The notes below the pieces were generated by a model. It ran no database searches. It had not been told where the DNA came from and saw nothing but the letters and a program-made list of their open reading frames with translations. 64,000 nt of DNA from an uncultured Actinomycetota bacterium (lineage in GTDB: Bacteria; Actinomycetota; Actinomycetes; Actinomycetales; Microbacteriaceae). Below are positions 44,023 to 54,385 of this stretch, piece by piece. A program made the position numbers and the translations under genes. Every line of letters begins with the position of its first letter. The first letter of the stretch is position 1. The stretch is taken from NCBI GenBank assembly GCA_963713325.1, contig CAVQLL010000026.1:3815-67814 (forward strand), in the 5' to 3' direction.

Positions 44023-46272
44023 ATGGTGCGAGAGGAACTCTCCGCACTCGGTGTGCCCGAGATCGCGCTGGATCGGCAACTGCTCGACGCGAAGCTTTTC
44101 GCTCCGCGTCGATCTGTTCGTGGTGCCGTCAGCCGGGCGGCCCTCATCGAAGCTGCACGGTCGAGTGGCTGTCGGATCGTCGGGGTGACGGCGCCCGCCG
44201 GCTACGGGAAATCCACGCTGCTCACGCAATGGGCTGGTGAAGAGACCCGGCCGGTCGCCTGGGTGTCGATCGACCGGTTCGACGATGATCCGATCGGCCT
44301 GCTGATCCTGCTGGCGGCTGCCTACGGTCGGATCGCCCCTGAAGCGGCGAGCGTTGCCGACAGCATCCGTGGATACAGCGGCTCTCCGCTCGGCCGGGCG
44401 GCGCCTATCGTCGCGGCTGCCCTCCGTAAGAGCACGACGCCCTTCGTCCTGATGCTCGACGACCTCCATGAGCTGCGGAACCCGGAATGCCACGACGTGC
44501 TCAGCGTCGTGATCGCCGGCGTTCCTGCAGGGTCCCAATTCGCGGCGGCCAGCCGGAGCGAGCAGCCGCACCTCGCCCAGGCGCGTGCGTTCGGAGAGTC
44601 GATGGAGATCACTCCTGCGGATCTCGCCTTCGACGCCGCCGGAGCGCGAAAGGTGTTCGCCGGCGCCGATGTGCCTCTGAGCGGCGATGAAGCCGAGCTG
44701 GTCATCGAGCGCACGGAGGGCTGGCCGGTAGGGGTGTTCCTCGCTGCCGCGATCACGCGGGACGGCGGGGCGATGACCGTCGCCGGCGATGATCGATACG
44801 TCGCGGACTACCTGTACCGCGAGGCTCTGATGAACCTCTCCGACCGCCACCAGAGATTCCTCCGCAGGACGTCTGTGCTGGACCGCCTGTCCGCACCGCT
44901 CTGCGACGCGGTCCTGCAGAGCGATGACGCGCAGAGCATCCTGCGCGAACTGGAGGCGTCGAACATCTTCCTCGTCGCCCTCGACCGCCGACGCGGCTGG
45001 TATCGCTACCACGAGCTGTTCCGCGAATTCCTGTTGAGCGAACTTCTTCGCACCGAACCCACCGCCATCACCGACCTGCATCTTCGAGCAGCGACGTGGT
45101 TCGAGACCCAGGGGTCGTCCGCCATGGCGATCGAGCACCTGCTCGATCTCCCGACTGAGCGGGTGAGAACGACCCACCTCATCTCGCGAGCCGCTCTGCC
45201 CGCCTATCAGGCCGGCCTTCTGACGACGGTGCATCGGTGGTGCCGCACGCTCGGAGACGAGGCCATCTGGGAGTACCCGCCGCTCGCCGTGATAGCCGGC
45301 TGGATCGCTGTGCTGACGGGTCGCGCCCGCGATGCCGACCGCTGGGCGGCATCGCTCGATCTGGCGTCGTACAGCGGCGTGCCCGACGACGGGTCGGCGT
45401 CTTTCGATTCGGCCCGCGCGATGCTGAGATCCTTCATGTGCGCGCACGGGCCTGCGCGTGCTCTCGAGGATGCCGAGTACGCGGTGGCGTCCGAAGTCGA
45501 GTCGAGTCCCTGGCGCGATCAGGCGCTGTACGTGCTCGGCGAGGCGCGGCTGCTTCTCGGTGACACGGATGCCGCGGACGCCGCCTTCCGCGAAGGGTCC
45601 GCCGCGGCTGCCGCCTCAGGCAACGCCGACATCCGGATCGAGTGCGAGGCGCAACTGGCGATGCTGATGATGGACCGCGGGCGGTGGGTCGAGGCGGCGG
45701 AGCATGCGCAGACCGCGCTCGATGCGGTCGATGAGCACGGCATGCAGGACTACTCCATTTCGGTTCCCGCTTTCGTGCAGGCTGCCCGGATCGCTCTGCA
45801 CCGCGCAGATCTCGACGACGTGCACCGTCAGCTCACACGAGCGATGCGGGCACGGCCCGACTGCACGTACGCGATGCCCTACCTTGCCGTCCGGGCGCGC
45901 CTGCAGTCGGCCAAGCTGTATTGGGCGCTCAACGACCACGCGACCGCTCGCCACCTGCTGCTGGAGATCGACGACATCCTGCTCCGCCGACCGGAGCTCG
46001 GCACGCTCGTCGATGAGGTGCGCGATTTCCGGCAGCTGACGTCGGAGAGCGCACAGGCAGGACGTGGGGGTGGCCCTCCGCTGACTCCTGCTGAGCTCAG
46101 GCTCCTGCCCTACCTGCAGACGCACCTCACCATCCGCGAGATCGGTGACCGCCTGTTCCTTTCGCGCAACACCGTGAGTTCGGAAGTCGGATCGGTGTAC
46201 CGCAAACTCGGCGCGACGACACGCAGCGAGGCGGTTCACCAGGCAACGGTGCTCGGGCTGCTCGGCGCCTAG
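44023..46272 (+). CDS. MalT-like (STAND ATPase-LuxR) transcriptional regulator
   Basis: APAGYGKST Walker A, LDDLH Walker B, TEGWP, YRYHELF, C-terminal LuxR HTH. Confidence 0.92.
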   Translation: MVREELSALGVPEIALDRQLLDAKLFAPRRSVRGAVSRAALIEAARSSGCRIVGVTAPAGYGKSTLLTQWAGEETRPVAWVSIDRFDDDPIGLLILLAAAYGRIAPEAASVADSIRGYSGSPLGRAAPIVAAALRKSTTPFVLMLDDLHELRNPECHDVLSVVIAGVPAGSQFAAASRSEQPHLAQARAFGESMEITPADLAFDAAGARKVFAGADVPLSGDEAELVIERTEGWPVGVFLAAAITRDGGAMTVAGDDRYVADYLYREALMNLSDRHQRFLRRTSVLDRLSAPLCDAVLQSDDAQSILRELEASNIFLVALDRRRGWYRYHELFREFLLSELLRTEPTAITDLHLRAATWFETQGSSAMAIEHLLDLPTERVRTTHLISRAALPAYQAGLLTTVHRWCRTLGDEAIWEYPPLAVIAGWIAVLTGRARDADRWAASLDLASYSGVPDDGSASFDSARAMLRSFMCAHGPARALEDAEYAVASEVESSPWRDQALYVLGEARLLLGDTDAADAAFREGSAAAAASGNADIRIECEAQLAMLMMDRGRWVEAAEHAQTALDAVDEHGMQDYSISVPAFVQAARIALHRADLDDVHRQLTRAMRARPDCTYAMPYLAVRARLQSAKLYWALNDHATARHLLLEIDDILLRRPELGTLVDEVRDFRQLTSESAQAGRGGGPPLTPAELRLLPYLQTHLTIREIGDRLFLSRNTVSSEVGSVYRKLGATTRSEAVHQATVLGLLGA

Positions 46273-46619
46273 TTTCTGACTCTTCCGGGGATCCTGCCGG
46301 TGTCTTCGTCGTACAGGTCGTAGCCCAGCCCCATCGCGATCTGCGGCGCAGCGGCGACGACCCGCGGGACGCCGACGACGCTCGTGAGCCCGACGAGGAG
46401 ATGGACGATCTCCTTCGCGGTCGCTCCGGCGCTGACGGCCGCGTCGATCTGCGAGCTGAACGACGGCTCGGCAGCTCCGAGCGCGACGAGCGCGCCGATC
46501 CTCGCAAGCGCGAGCGTCTTCGCATCGACCTCGAGATCTTCCGGCATCGCATCGGCGAGATCCTCCGCCAGCGCGCCGTCGTCGATCGCAAGCCGACGGA
46601 GCAGTTCGGTGTAGTCCAC
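46269..46619 (-). CDS. Carboxymuconolactone decarboxylase/AhpD-like protein without Cys
   Basis: DAKTLALARIGALVA...A..AGAT..EI...VG.PRVV.AA. Confidence 0.8.
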   Translation of the reverse strand: MDYTELLRRLAIDDGALAEDLADAMPEDLEVDAKTLALARIGALVALGAAEPSFSSQIDAAVSAGATAKEIVHLLVGLTSVVGVPRVVAAAPQIAMGLGYDLYDEDTGRIPGRVRN

Positions 46620-46680
46620 GGCTTCCTCGCTTCCACGTCAGCGCGCTGATTCATTCGACGTGATCGAGCCCGTTCCTGCA

Positions 46681-46742
46681 TCACACAAATCGTATGAAGC
46701 ACCCTCGAGACCTGCTGCGCGGGGTTCACACAGGATGTGTGA
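46681..46742. promoter_or_regulatory. Two candidate palindromic operator sites
   Basis: TCACAC-aaatc-GTATGA (46681) and perfect TCACAC-aggat-GTGTGA (46726). Confidence 0.6.
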
Positions 46743-46800
46743 TGCCCGCCTGTGCGGTTCGGACCAAGGTTGAGGTCATCGCAGCGACTGGAGGTTCACC

Positions 46801-48245
46801 ATGTCAATCACCGCTCCGACGGAGATCTCGAACGCCCCCGCTTCCGCGGAATTCGCCGATCGTGCGGCGGTCGGACGCGAGGCGCGGCGGCGTGTGCCAC
46901 GTTCGACGCATGGGGAGTGGTCGCCGGCCGCGGATCGTGCCGACCCTGTCTCGCTCCTCGAAGAGCAGGCCACCACCCGGGTGCAGGAGCTCGTGCCGAT
47001 CCGGCACGCGCGCATGATGGTGTCGCCCTTCACGTTCTACCGCGGCGCAGCGCTGCTGATGGCCGCCGATCTGGCCGGAACCCCGACCTCGGGCATCACC
47101 GACGCAGATCTGCGGTGACGCGCACCTGTCGAACTTCGGCGTGTTCGGCACACCCGAGCGAACGCTGATCTTCGACATCAACGACTTCGACGAGACGCTT
47201 CCCGGGCCGTGGGAATGGGATGTGAAGCGGCTCGCTGCGAGCTTCGAGGTCGCCGGCCGCGACCGCGGATTCGACGACGTGCAGCGGGAGCACATCAACC
47301 TCACCGTCGCCCGCAGCTACCGGGAGCAGATGATCAGGGCCGCCGAGTCGCGGGTGCTCGATGCGTGGTACGACCGGCTGGAGGCAGACCGTCTGGCGGA
47401 GTACATCCAGTCCGAGGACCCGTCGAAGCACGCCGCGCAGAAACTCAACAAGCGCGTCGATGCGGCGCTCGCCAAGGCGCGGACGAAGGACAGCACCCGG
47501 GCACTGGCGAAGCTCGTCGAGGTTGTCGATGGCGAGCTGCGCATCGCAGCCGACCCGCCGCTCATCGTGCCGCTGGAAAGCCTGGTTCCCGCCGGACAGA
47601 CCCGAGAACAGCAGGAGGAATGGATGCGGGACGTGCTGGCGTCCTACCAGACCACCCTGCAGCAGGAGAATCACCCGATAAGGGACTTCACGTATGTGCA
47701 CATGGCCCGCAAGGTCGTTGGCGTGGGCAGCGTCGGCACCCGGGCGTGGATCGTTCTGCTGCGTCGGTCGTGACGACTCGGATCCGCTGCTCCTGCAGGC
47801 CAAGCAGGCGGAGGCCTCGGTGCTCGAGCGGTTCTTGTCGCCGAGCGTCTACGAGAACCACGGCGAGCGGGTCGTGCGTGGGCAGCGCCTCATGCAGGCC
47901 GCAAGCGACATCTTCCTCGGCTGGCGCCGAGAGCCCGGCATCGACGGCATCGAGCGCGACTTCTACCTGCGGCAGCTGCATGACTGGAAGGGGTCGGCCG
48001 ACGTCGACACGATGAATGCAAGGATGGCGCGAATCTACGCGCGCCTGTGCGGTGAGACACTCGCTCGCGCGCACGCTCGGTCAGGCGACCGGGTCGCGAT
48101 CGCCGCGTACCTCGGACACAGTGATGCGTTCGATCTCGCGATCGCAGGATTCGCGACGGCGTACGCAGATCAGAACGAACGCGACTACCAGGCGTTCGCC
48201 GATGCAGTGGCGTCAGGTCGACTCGCCGCGGCTGCCACAGTCTGA
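46801..48245 (+). CDS. DUF2252 family kinase-like protein, apparent frameshifts near 47100 and 47762
   Basis: RM..SPFTFYRGAA, CGDAHLSNFG, FDINDFDE, KVVGVGSVG, LARAHARSG; GGAGG RBS. Confidence 0.9.
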
Positions 48246-48293
48246 CGGGCCCGGCTGGTAGGAACGAGAGCACGGACGGCCGAAAGTGATCAG

Positions 48294-48863
48294 ATGACGA
48301 ACCCCTTCCCTGAGGAGATGTCGAGGGCGGAGCGCCGCCGATTCGTCCTGCGCGGGCTCGGCCGGGCCGTGACCATGACGATCGTGCTCGTCGCTCTGTA
48401 CTTCGTCGTCCCTCTCGAGTGGATCAGCAGTGTGCCCGTCGGTCTTGTTCTGCTCATCGCACCGCTGATCCTGCTCGCAGTTTCGATCTGGCAGATCCGC
48501 GCCGTCATGCGATCCCCACAGCCAGGGCTGCGCGGAATCGAGGCACTGGCGATCATCGCGCCGCTCTATCTTCTGCTGTTCGCCGTGACGTACTTCCTGA
48601 TGTCGCTCGATGCGCCGCAGAGCTTCACGGCTGACGCTCTCACCCGCGTCGACGCGCTGTATCTCACCGTGACGATCTTCTCGACTGTCGGCTTCGGTGA
48701 CATCAGCGCCGCGAGCCAGCCGGCACGGATCCTCGTCACCATCCAGATGATTCTGAACCTGATCGTGCTCGGCGCCGGAGTCCGGCTCCTCACGGTCGCA
48801 GTCAAGCGCGGCCGTGAGTCCAAGGAGGACGGCACCGTCTCGGGCGGTGCCGAGGCCGCGTAG
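48294..48863 (+). CDS. Potassium channel family protein
   Basis: Pore motif STVGFGD flanked by TM helices; no RCK domain. Confidence 0.9.
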   Translation: MTNPFPEEMSRAERRRFVLRGLGRAVTMTIVLVALYFVVPLEWISSVPVGLVLLIAPLILLAVSIWQIRAVMRSPQPGLRGIEALAIIAPLYLLLFAVTYFLMSLDAPQSFTADALTRVDALYLTVTIFSTVGFGDISAASQPARILVTIQMILNLIVLGAGVRLLTVAVKRGRESKEDGTVSGGAEAA

Positions 48864-48894
48864 TCCGATCGGCGCATTCGCACGAGTTCGTCGG

Positions 48895-49700
48895 CTATCC
48901 GAGGGCGCCCGGCCCCAGGCGCTCCAGAATCGTCTCGCGAATCGAAGGCACCGCATCGATGAGGCGGTCGACGGGGCAGCGGAAGCTCACCGCGCTGACG
49001 CTCACAGCGCCCGCGGGTGTCGTCGAGCCATCCAGGTACACGGGCACCGCGACGCAGTTGATCCCGATCTCGTTCTCCTGGTCATCGATGGCGAATCCGC
49101 GGCGACGGGTCGCCTCCAGCTCCGCGAGAAGAGCCTCCGGTGTCGTGAGTGTGCGCGGGGTCTTCTGCTCGAGCGGGAAGGGGCCGAACCAGTCCGACGA
49201 CCTGTAGCGAGGTCGAGCAGTCGGCCACTCAGCAGGGCTTTGCCGACCGCCGTGCGGTACGCCGGATTGCGGCCGCCGATCACCGAGGTCAGGCGGACCG
49301 CGCCCTGCGGGGGGTCGGCCTTCGCCCGGTAGACGATGTCTTTGCCGGAGAGGACGGCGTAGTGCGCGGTTTCGCCATACTCGGCGGAGAGCTGTTCGAG
49401 CAGCGGCTGGATGCGGGCGGTCTCGGGGCGACCGTCCAGGTTGCGGAACGCCAGGCGAAGGTATTCGTCGCCCAGGACGTAAACGCCGCGGCCCGTCATG
49501 TCCGCCAGCCCGGCACGACGCAGAGTTGCGAGTGCGCGATGCACCGTCGGCTTCGAACTGCGCAGCGTGCCGGCGAGCTCGTCGAGAGTGACTCCGAGCG
49601 GGTGGTCGGCGAGTTCCGTGAGAACGGCGATGACACGGTCGGCGCCGACCAGCTTCTCCTCGGGCGCGCCGGAGTCGCGTGAAGATGTCGGCTCGGTCAT
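48895..49700 (-). CDS. IclR-family regulator, apparent frameshift near 49205
   Basis: HTH SKPTVHR, TAVGKALL; second frame TPRT...GFAIDDQENE.GINCVAVP to TAG 48895. Confidence 0.88.
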
Positions 49701-49718
49701 GATCGCCTCCGTTCTGGG

Positions 49719-50748
49719 CTAGGCCTTCAGGCGTGGGTCGACGTGCACCTTCGGGCCGGGGCCCGCATTCGCGCCGCGGCGCCCCTCCAAGCGCGCGGGC
49801 ACATCCTCGAGGGCGACCACTTCGCTGACGAGCGAGTCGGGCACGACCGACCCGTCCGCGAAGTGCTCGATCGCGCCGGCGAGACCCGGGGATGCCGACA
49901 GGATGCCGACCGCCGTGATGTCCTTCAGCGCGATCTCGCGCGTATCGACGAGGCTCGGCGTCGACGAGAGCCCGATGTAGACGACCCGCCCCGCGGGCTT
50001 CGCGAGCCGCACAGACAGTGCGGGCATGGTCTCGTTGCTCGTGGCCTCGATCACGGCGTCGAACTGATCCGATGGCGATGCGGCGAGCTCGTCGAGTTGC
50101 CTAGTGTGCTGAACCCCCAACGACCGGGCGAGCGCGAGCGAACCCTCGCGCACGCCACCGACATGCACCTCAGCGCCGGCCGCAAGGGCGAACTGGGCGG
50201 CGAGAAGACCGATGGTGCCCGACCCGAGCACGAGCACCCTGTCGCCGGCCGCGATATCGGCCGCACGCACCGCGCGCAGCGAGTTGCCTCCGGGCTCGAC
50301 CAGCGCGGCCGCGGCCAAGCTCACGTGATCGGGGATCTCATACGCGAACCGCGTCGGAATCAGGACCTGATCGGCGAGTGCGCCGGCCCAGCCGTCTCGG
50401 ATGCCGACCTCGAAGCGGTCGGGGCATACGTGGTGGCTGCCGGCGAGGCAGTACTCGCAGTGACCGCATCCGAGCATCGTGTCGCCGGTGACCCGCTTGC
50501 CGATCCATGCCTCGTCCGCCGCGTCGCCGACGGCCGACACGCGTCCCGGTCCACTCGTGGCCGAGTCGGAGGGGGAAGTGCGTGTGCCCCTGGTCGATGT
50601 AGGCCATCTCACCGGTGAAGAGCTCGACGTCTGTGCCGCAGATTCCGACGCGTTCCACGTCGACGAGAAGCTCCCCGGCGGCCGGCACCGGGTCGGGGAC
50701 TTCGAGCACCGATGCTCGACGGGGTGCCGTGACGACGAGGGCGCGCAT
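49719..50748 (-). CDS. Zinc-binding (MDR) dehydrogenase, apparent frameshift near 50545
   Basis: GICGTD, GHE, CGHCEYC...C, GSGTIG. Confidence 0.9.
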
Positions 50749-51620
50749 CAGCTCACTGCGGCAGGGTGGGCGATCACGTGCTGGGTCTGGGTGCCGAGGC
50801 GGGTGATCCCGAGGGTCATGGTTTCGCCGCCGTGCAGGAAGACCGGGGGCGACTGGCCCATGCCGACGCCGGGCGGAGTGCCGGTGTTGATGAGGTCGCC
50901 CGGCTCCAGGGCGAGGAACTGGCTGAGGTAGTGGACGATGAAGGCCGGGCTGAAGATCATCGTCGAAGTCGACCCGTTCTGGCGGCGGATCCCGTCGATG
51001 TCGAGCCACATGTCCAGATCGAGGACGTCGCCGATCTCGTCGGGAGTCACCAGGTAGGGGCCGGCCGGGTTGAAGGTCGGGGCGGACTTGCCCTTCGACC
51101 ACTGGCCGCCGCGTTCGATCTGCCACTCCCGCTCGCTGACGTCGTTGACGAGCACGTATCCGGCGATCGCGGCGGCCGCTTCGGTCTCGTCGGCGAGGTA
51201 GGAGGAGCGACTGCCGATCACGATGCCGAGCTCGACCTCCCAGTCGGTCTTCACGGAGCCGCGGGGGATGAGCACGTCATCGTCCGGACCGATCAGAGTG
51301 TTGGGAGCCTTGGTGAACAGGATCGGCTCGGATGGGACGGCCTGACCGGTCTCGGCGGCGTGGTCGCGGTAGTTCAGCCCGATGCACAGGATCTGGTGCG
51401 GACGCGCGATCGGCGCGCCGAATCGACGATCGCCGACGGTCTCCGTGCGACCCGCGGCTACGCGCTCGGCGACGACCTCTGCGAGGTCGGCGAGCGCGCC
51501 TGAGCCGAAGAACGTCTCGTCGAAGTCGCCGACGACGTCCGACAGGTCGACGAACGTGTCGTCGTCGACGAGCGCTCCGGGCGTCTCGGAGCCGGCGGGT
51601 CCGATCCGGACAAGTCTCAT
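50748..51620 (-). CDS. Fumarylacetoacetate hydrolase family protein
   Basis: CIGLNY, DWEVEL, NDVSER, KGKS, TGTPPGVG. Confidence 0.93.
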   Translation of the reverse strand: MRLVRIGPAGSETPGALVDDDTFVDLSDVVGDFDETFFGSGALADLAEVVAERVAAGRTETVGDRRFGAPIARPHQILCIGLNYRDHAAETGQAVPSEPILFTKAPNTLIGPDDDVLIPRGSVKTDWEVELGIVIGSRSSYLADETEAAAAIAGYVLVNDVSEREWQIERGGQWSKGKSAPTFNPAGPYLVTPDEIGDVLDLDMWLDIDGIRRQNGSTSTMIFSPAFIVHYLSQFLALEPGDLINTGTPPGVGMGQSPPVFLHGGETMTLGITRLGTQTQHVIAHPAAVS

Positions 51621-52532
51621 GCGCGTGCTTCTTTCTCGTGGCGCCAAGAGGGAGAGGTCGTGCTGCCTGACCAGCGCGCGGCCGGCAGCCCGGTTGCGCC
51701 GACGTCGGCGAGGAAGATCGCTCCGGACTGATCCGTCCACGAGTCGAGGCCCTCCTGCGCGGTGGTCATCGCCAGCGTGGCCAGATCGGGGCCGACGAAG
51801 GCCGGGCATGATACCTGTGTCGCGTCGACGGTGACGATGTCGAGGAGTTCGCCGGAGAGCGCATGGTGACGGATGCTGGAGCCGCCCCATTGCGCGACCC
51901 ACAGGGTTCCGTCAGCGCTCACGGTGAGCCCATCCGGGGTAGTGGGGGAGATCTGCCAGGACGATCGACCAAGGCTCGTCGTGGTCGAACGCACCGGGGC
52001 CGTACGAGTGGCTCGAGATCGTGTTCGCGAGGGTGTCGACATGGTAGATCGTGCCGCCGTCCGGTGCGAAGGCGATGCCGTTCGACAGTCGGATGCCGTC
52101 CCTCAGCGTCTCGACCGTGCCGTCCGCGGAGACGCGCAGCAGAACCTCTTCGCCGGTCTCCGCGCCCAGCGCCATGCTCCCGACGACGAAGCGACCGTGC
52201 GGATCGACCGACCCGTCATTGAGGCGCGCGTCCCGGCGATCACCGAGCAGATCGGGGCCGATCGAGATCTCGCCGGCGGGGGAGACGGTCGCCAATCCGC
52301 GCGCCGCGGCGACGAGCAGTCCGCCGTCTTCGGCGAGCGCGACCGCTCCTGCGGTCTGGCCGATCTCGATCGAGCTGATGTCCTCGATCCGGCCGTCGGA
52401 CAGCCGCCCGGCCAGGACGCGACCCTTCCAGATGTCGACCCACCGGACGAGGTCGGCGGCCTCGTCGAAAAGGATCCCTTCGGCGAGCTCGTAGGCTGCC
52501 GGCGTCGCCGGTGCGGCGGAGAAGACGGTCAT
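51617..52532 (-). CDS. SMP-30/gluconolactonase family lactonase, apparent frameshift near 51935
   Basis: LAEG, WVDI, RLNDG.VDP.GR, SNG, PDG. Confidence 0.9.
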
Positions 52533-52621
52533 GATCCCGCGGATTCATCGAGAGAGGGCGGATATGCCATAATTCAGAATGTTAGCGGACCATTCGATAT
52601 GGTGGAAAACGAGGTTCGAGG

Positions 52622-54343
52622 GTGAATCATCTCCGCAGTGCCGACTGGTACGAGGGAAACGACCGCAACGCCTACATTCACCGGGCGTGGATGCGACGCG
52701 GCAACCCCGAGGACGCGCTCGACGGCACGAAGCCGCAGATCGCGATCGCGAACACGGCGTCGGATCTCACTCCGTGCAACATGCACCTGAACGAGGTCGC
52801 CGAGAGCGTCAAGCAGGGGGTGTGGGCAGCGGGTGGCGTGCCCTACAACCTCCCGGTCGTCTCGCTCGGCGAGACGCAGGTGAAGCCGACCTCGATGCTG
52901 TGGCGCAACATGGCCGCGATGGCGATGGAGGAGATGTTCCGCGCGAACCCGATCGACGGACTCGTGCTTCTCGGCGGCTGCGACAAGACGATCCCTGCGC
53001 TGCTCATGGCCGCGGCATCCGTCGACATCCCTGCCGTGGTCGTACCCGGCGGCCCGATGCTGACCGGCCACTTCCGCGGGGAGGCGCTGGGCTGCGGCAC
53101 CGACGTCTGGCGGCTGAGCGAAGAGGCGCGGGCCGGCACCATCTCCAAGGCGCAGTTCCTGCAGTCGGAGCAGTCCATGATCCGCGGCAAAGGCCACTGC
53201 AACACGATGGGCACGGCCTCGACGATGGCGGTCGTCGCCGAAGCGCTCGGCATGACGATCCCGGGCTTCGCGGGCACGCCGGCGGCCGACGCGCGCCTCC
53301 TCTCGCTCTCGCACGACACCGGCCGCCTCATCGTCGACCTGGTCGCGGTGGACCGCAGACCCAGCGACATCATGACCAAAGAGGCATTCCTCAACGCGAT
53401 CATCGCGGTGGCTGCAGTGGGCGGGTCGACCAACTCGGTCGTGCACCTGCTCGCGATCGCCGGACGCCTCGGCATCGACCTCACGCTCGAGGACTTCGAC
53501 GCGGCCGGTGCGGGTGTTCCGGTTCTGGCGAACCTGCAGCCCAGCGGAACGTTCCTGATGGACGACCTCTATCGCGCCGGCGGCGTGCTGGCGCTGCTCA
53601 CGCGGGTGAGGGACCTGTTCCACCCCGAGCCGATCACGGTCACCGGAAAGCCGCTGGTCGACTACCTGACGCCCGATCGCCAGGTGTACGACGAGACGGT
53701 CATCTTCCCGCGCGATGCGCCGATGATGGACGACGCCGGCATCGCCGTGCTGCGCGGCAACCTCGCACCGCGCGGGGCGATCGTCAAGCCCGCGGCGGCG
53801 ACGGCGGCGCTGCTGCAGCACACCGGCCCGGCGGTCGTCTTCGACAGCGTCGAGGACATGAGGGCGCGCATCGACGACCCCGATCTCGATGTCACGGCGG
53901 ACTCCGTGCTGGTGCTGCGCGGCTGTGGCCCCAAGGGGTACCCGGGGATGCCGGAGGTCGGCAACATGCCGCTGCCGCAGAAGCTGCTCGAGCAGGGCGT
54001 GCGCGACATGGTGCGCATCAGCGACGCCCGGATGAGCGGCACCGCCTACGGCACCGTCATCCTCCACGTCGCTCCGGAGGCGGCCGCGGGCGGCCCACTC
54101 GCCTTCATCCGCACCGGCGACATCGTCACCGTGGATGTCGAGGGGCGCTCGCTGAGCTTCGACGTGTCGGAGGAGGAGCTCCAGTCGCGGAGCCAGACTC
54201 CGGCGAGTGAAGCGGCGTACGCCGCGCCGGCGCGCGGGTGGGCGAAGCTCTACGTCGACCATGTGATGCAGGCCGACACCGGCGCCGATCTCGACTTCCT
54301 GGTCGGATCGAGCGGCGACAAGGTGAGCCGTGAGTCGCACTGA
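52622..54343 (+). CDS. IlvD/Edd-family sugar-acid dehydratase
   Basis: TPCN.H, GCDKT, CNTMGTAS, GGSTN, SDARMSGT. Confidence 0.93.
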   Translation: MNHLRSADWYEGNDRNAYIHRAWMRRGNPEDALDGTKPQIAIANTASDLTPCNMHLNEVAESVKQGVWAAGGVPYNLPVVSLGETQVKPTSMLWRNMAAMAMEEMFRANPIDGLVLLGGCDKTIPALLMAAASVDIPAVVVPGGPMLTGHFRGEALGCGTDVWRLSEEARAGTISKAQFLQSEQSMIRGKGHCNTMGTASTMAVVAEALGMTIPGFAGTPAADARLLSLSHDTGRLIVDLVAVDRRPSDIMTKEAFLNAIIAVAAVGGSTNSVVHLLAIAGRLGIDLTLEDFDAAGAGVPVLANLQPSGTFLMDDLYRAGGVLALLTRVRDLFHPEPITVTGKPLVDYLTPDRQVYDETVIFPRDAPMMDDAGIAVLRGNLAPRGAIVKPAAATAALLQHTGPAVVFDSVEDMRARIDDPDLDVTADSVLVLRGCGPKGYPGMPEVGNMPLPQKLLEQGVRDMVRISDARMSGTAYGTVILHVAPEAAAGGPLAFIRTGDIVTVDVEGRSLSFDVSEEELQSRSQTPASEAAYAAPARGWAKLYVDHVMQADTGADLDFLVGSSGDKVSRESH

Positions 54344-54385
54344 GTCGCGTCGCGAGCCGGTGGCTGAACAGAGGGAGCACGAACG

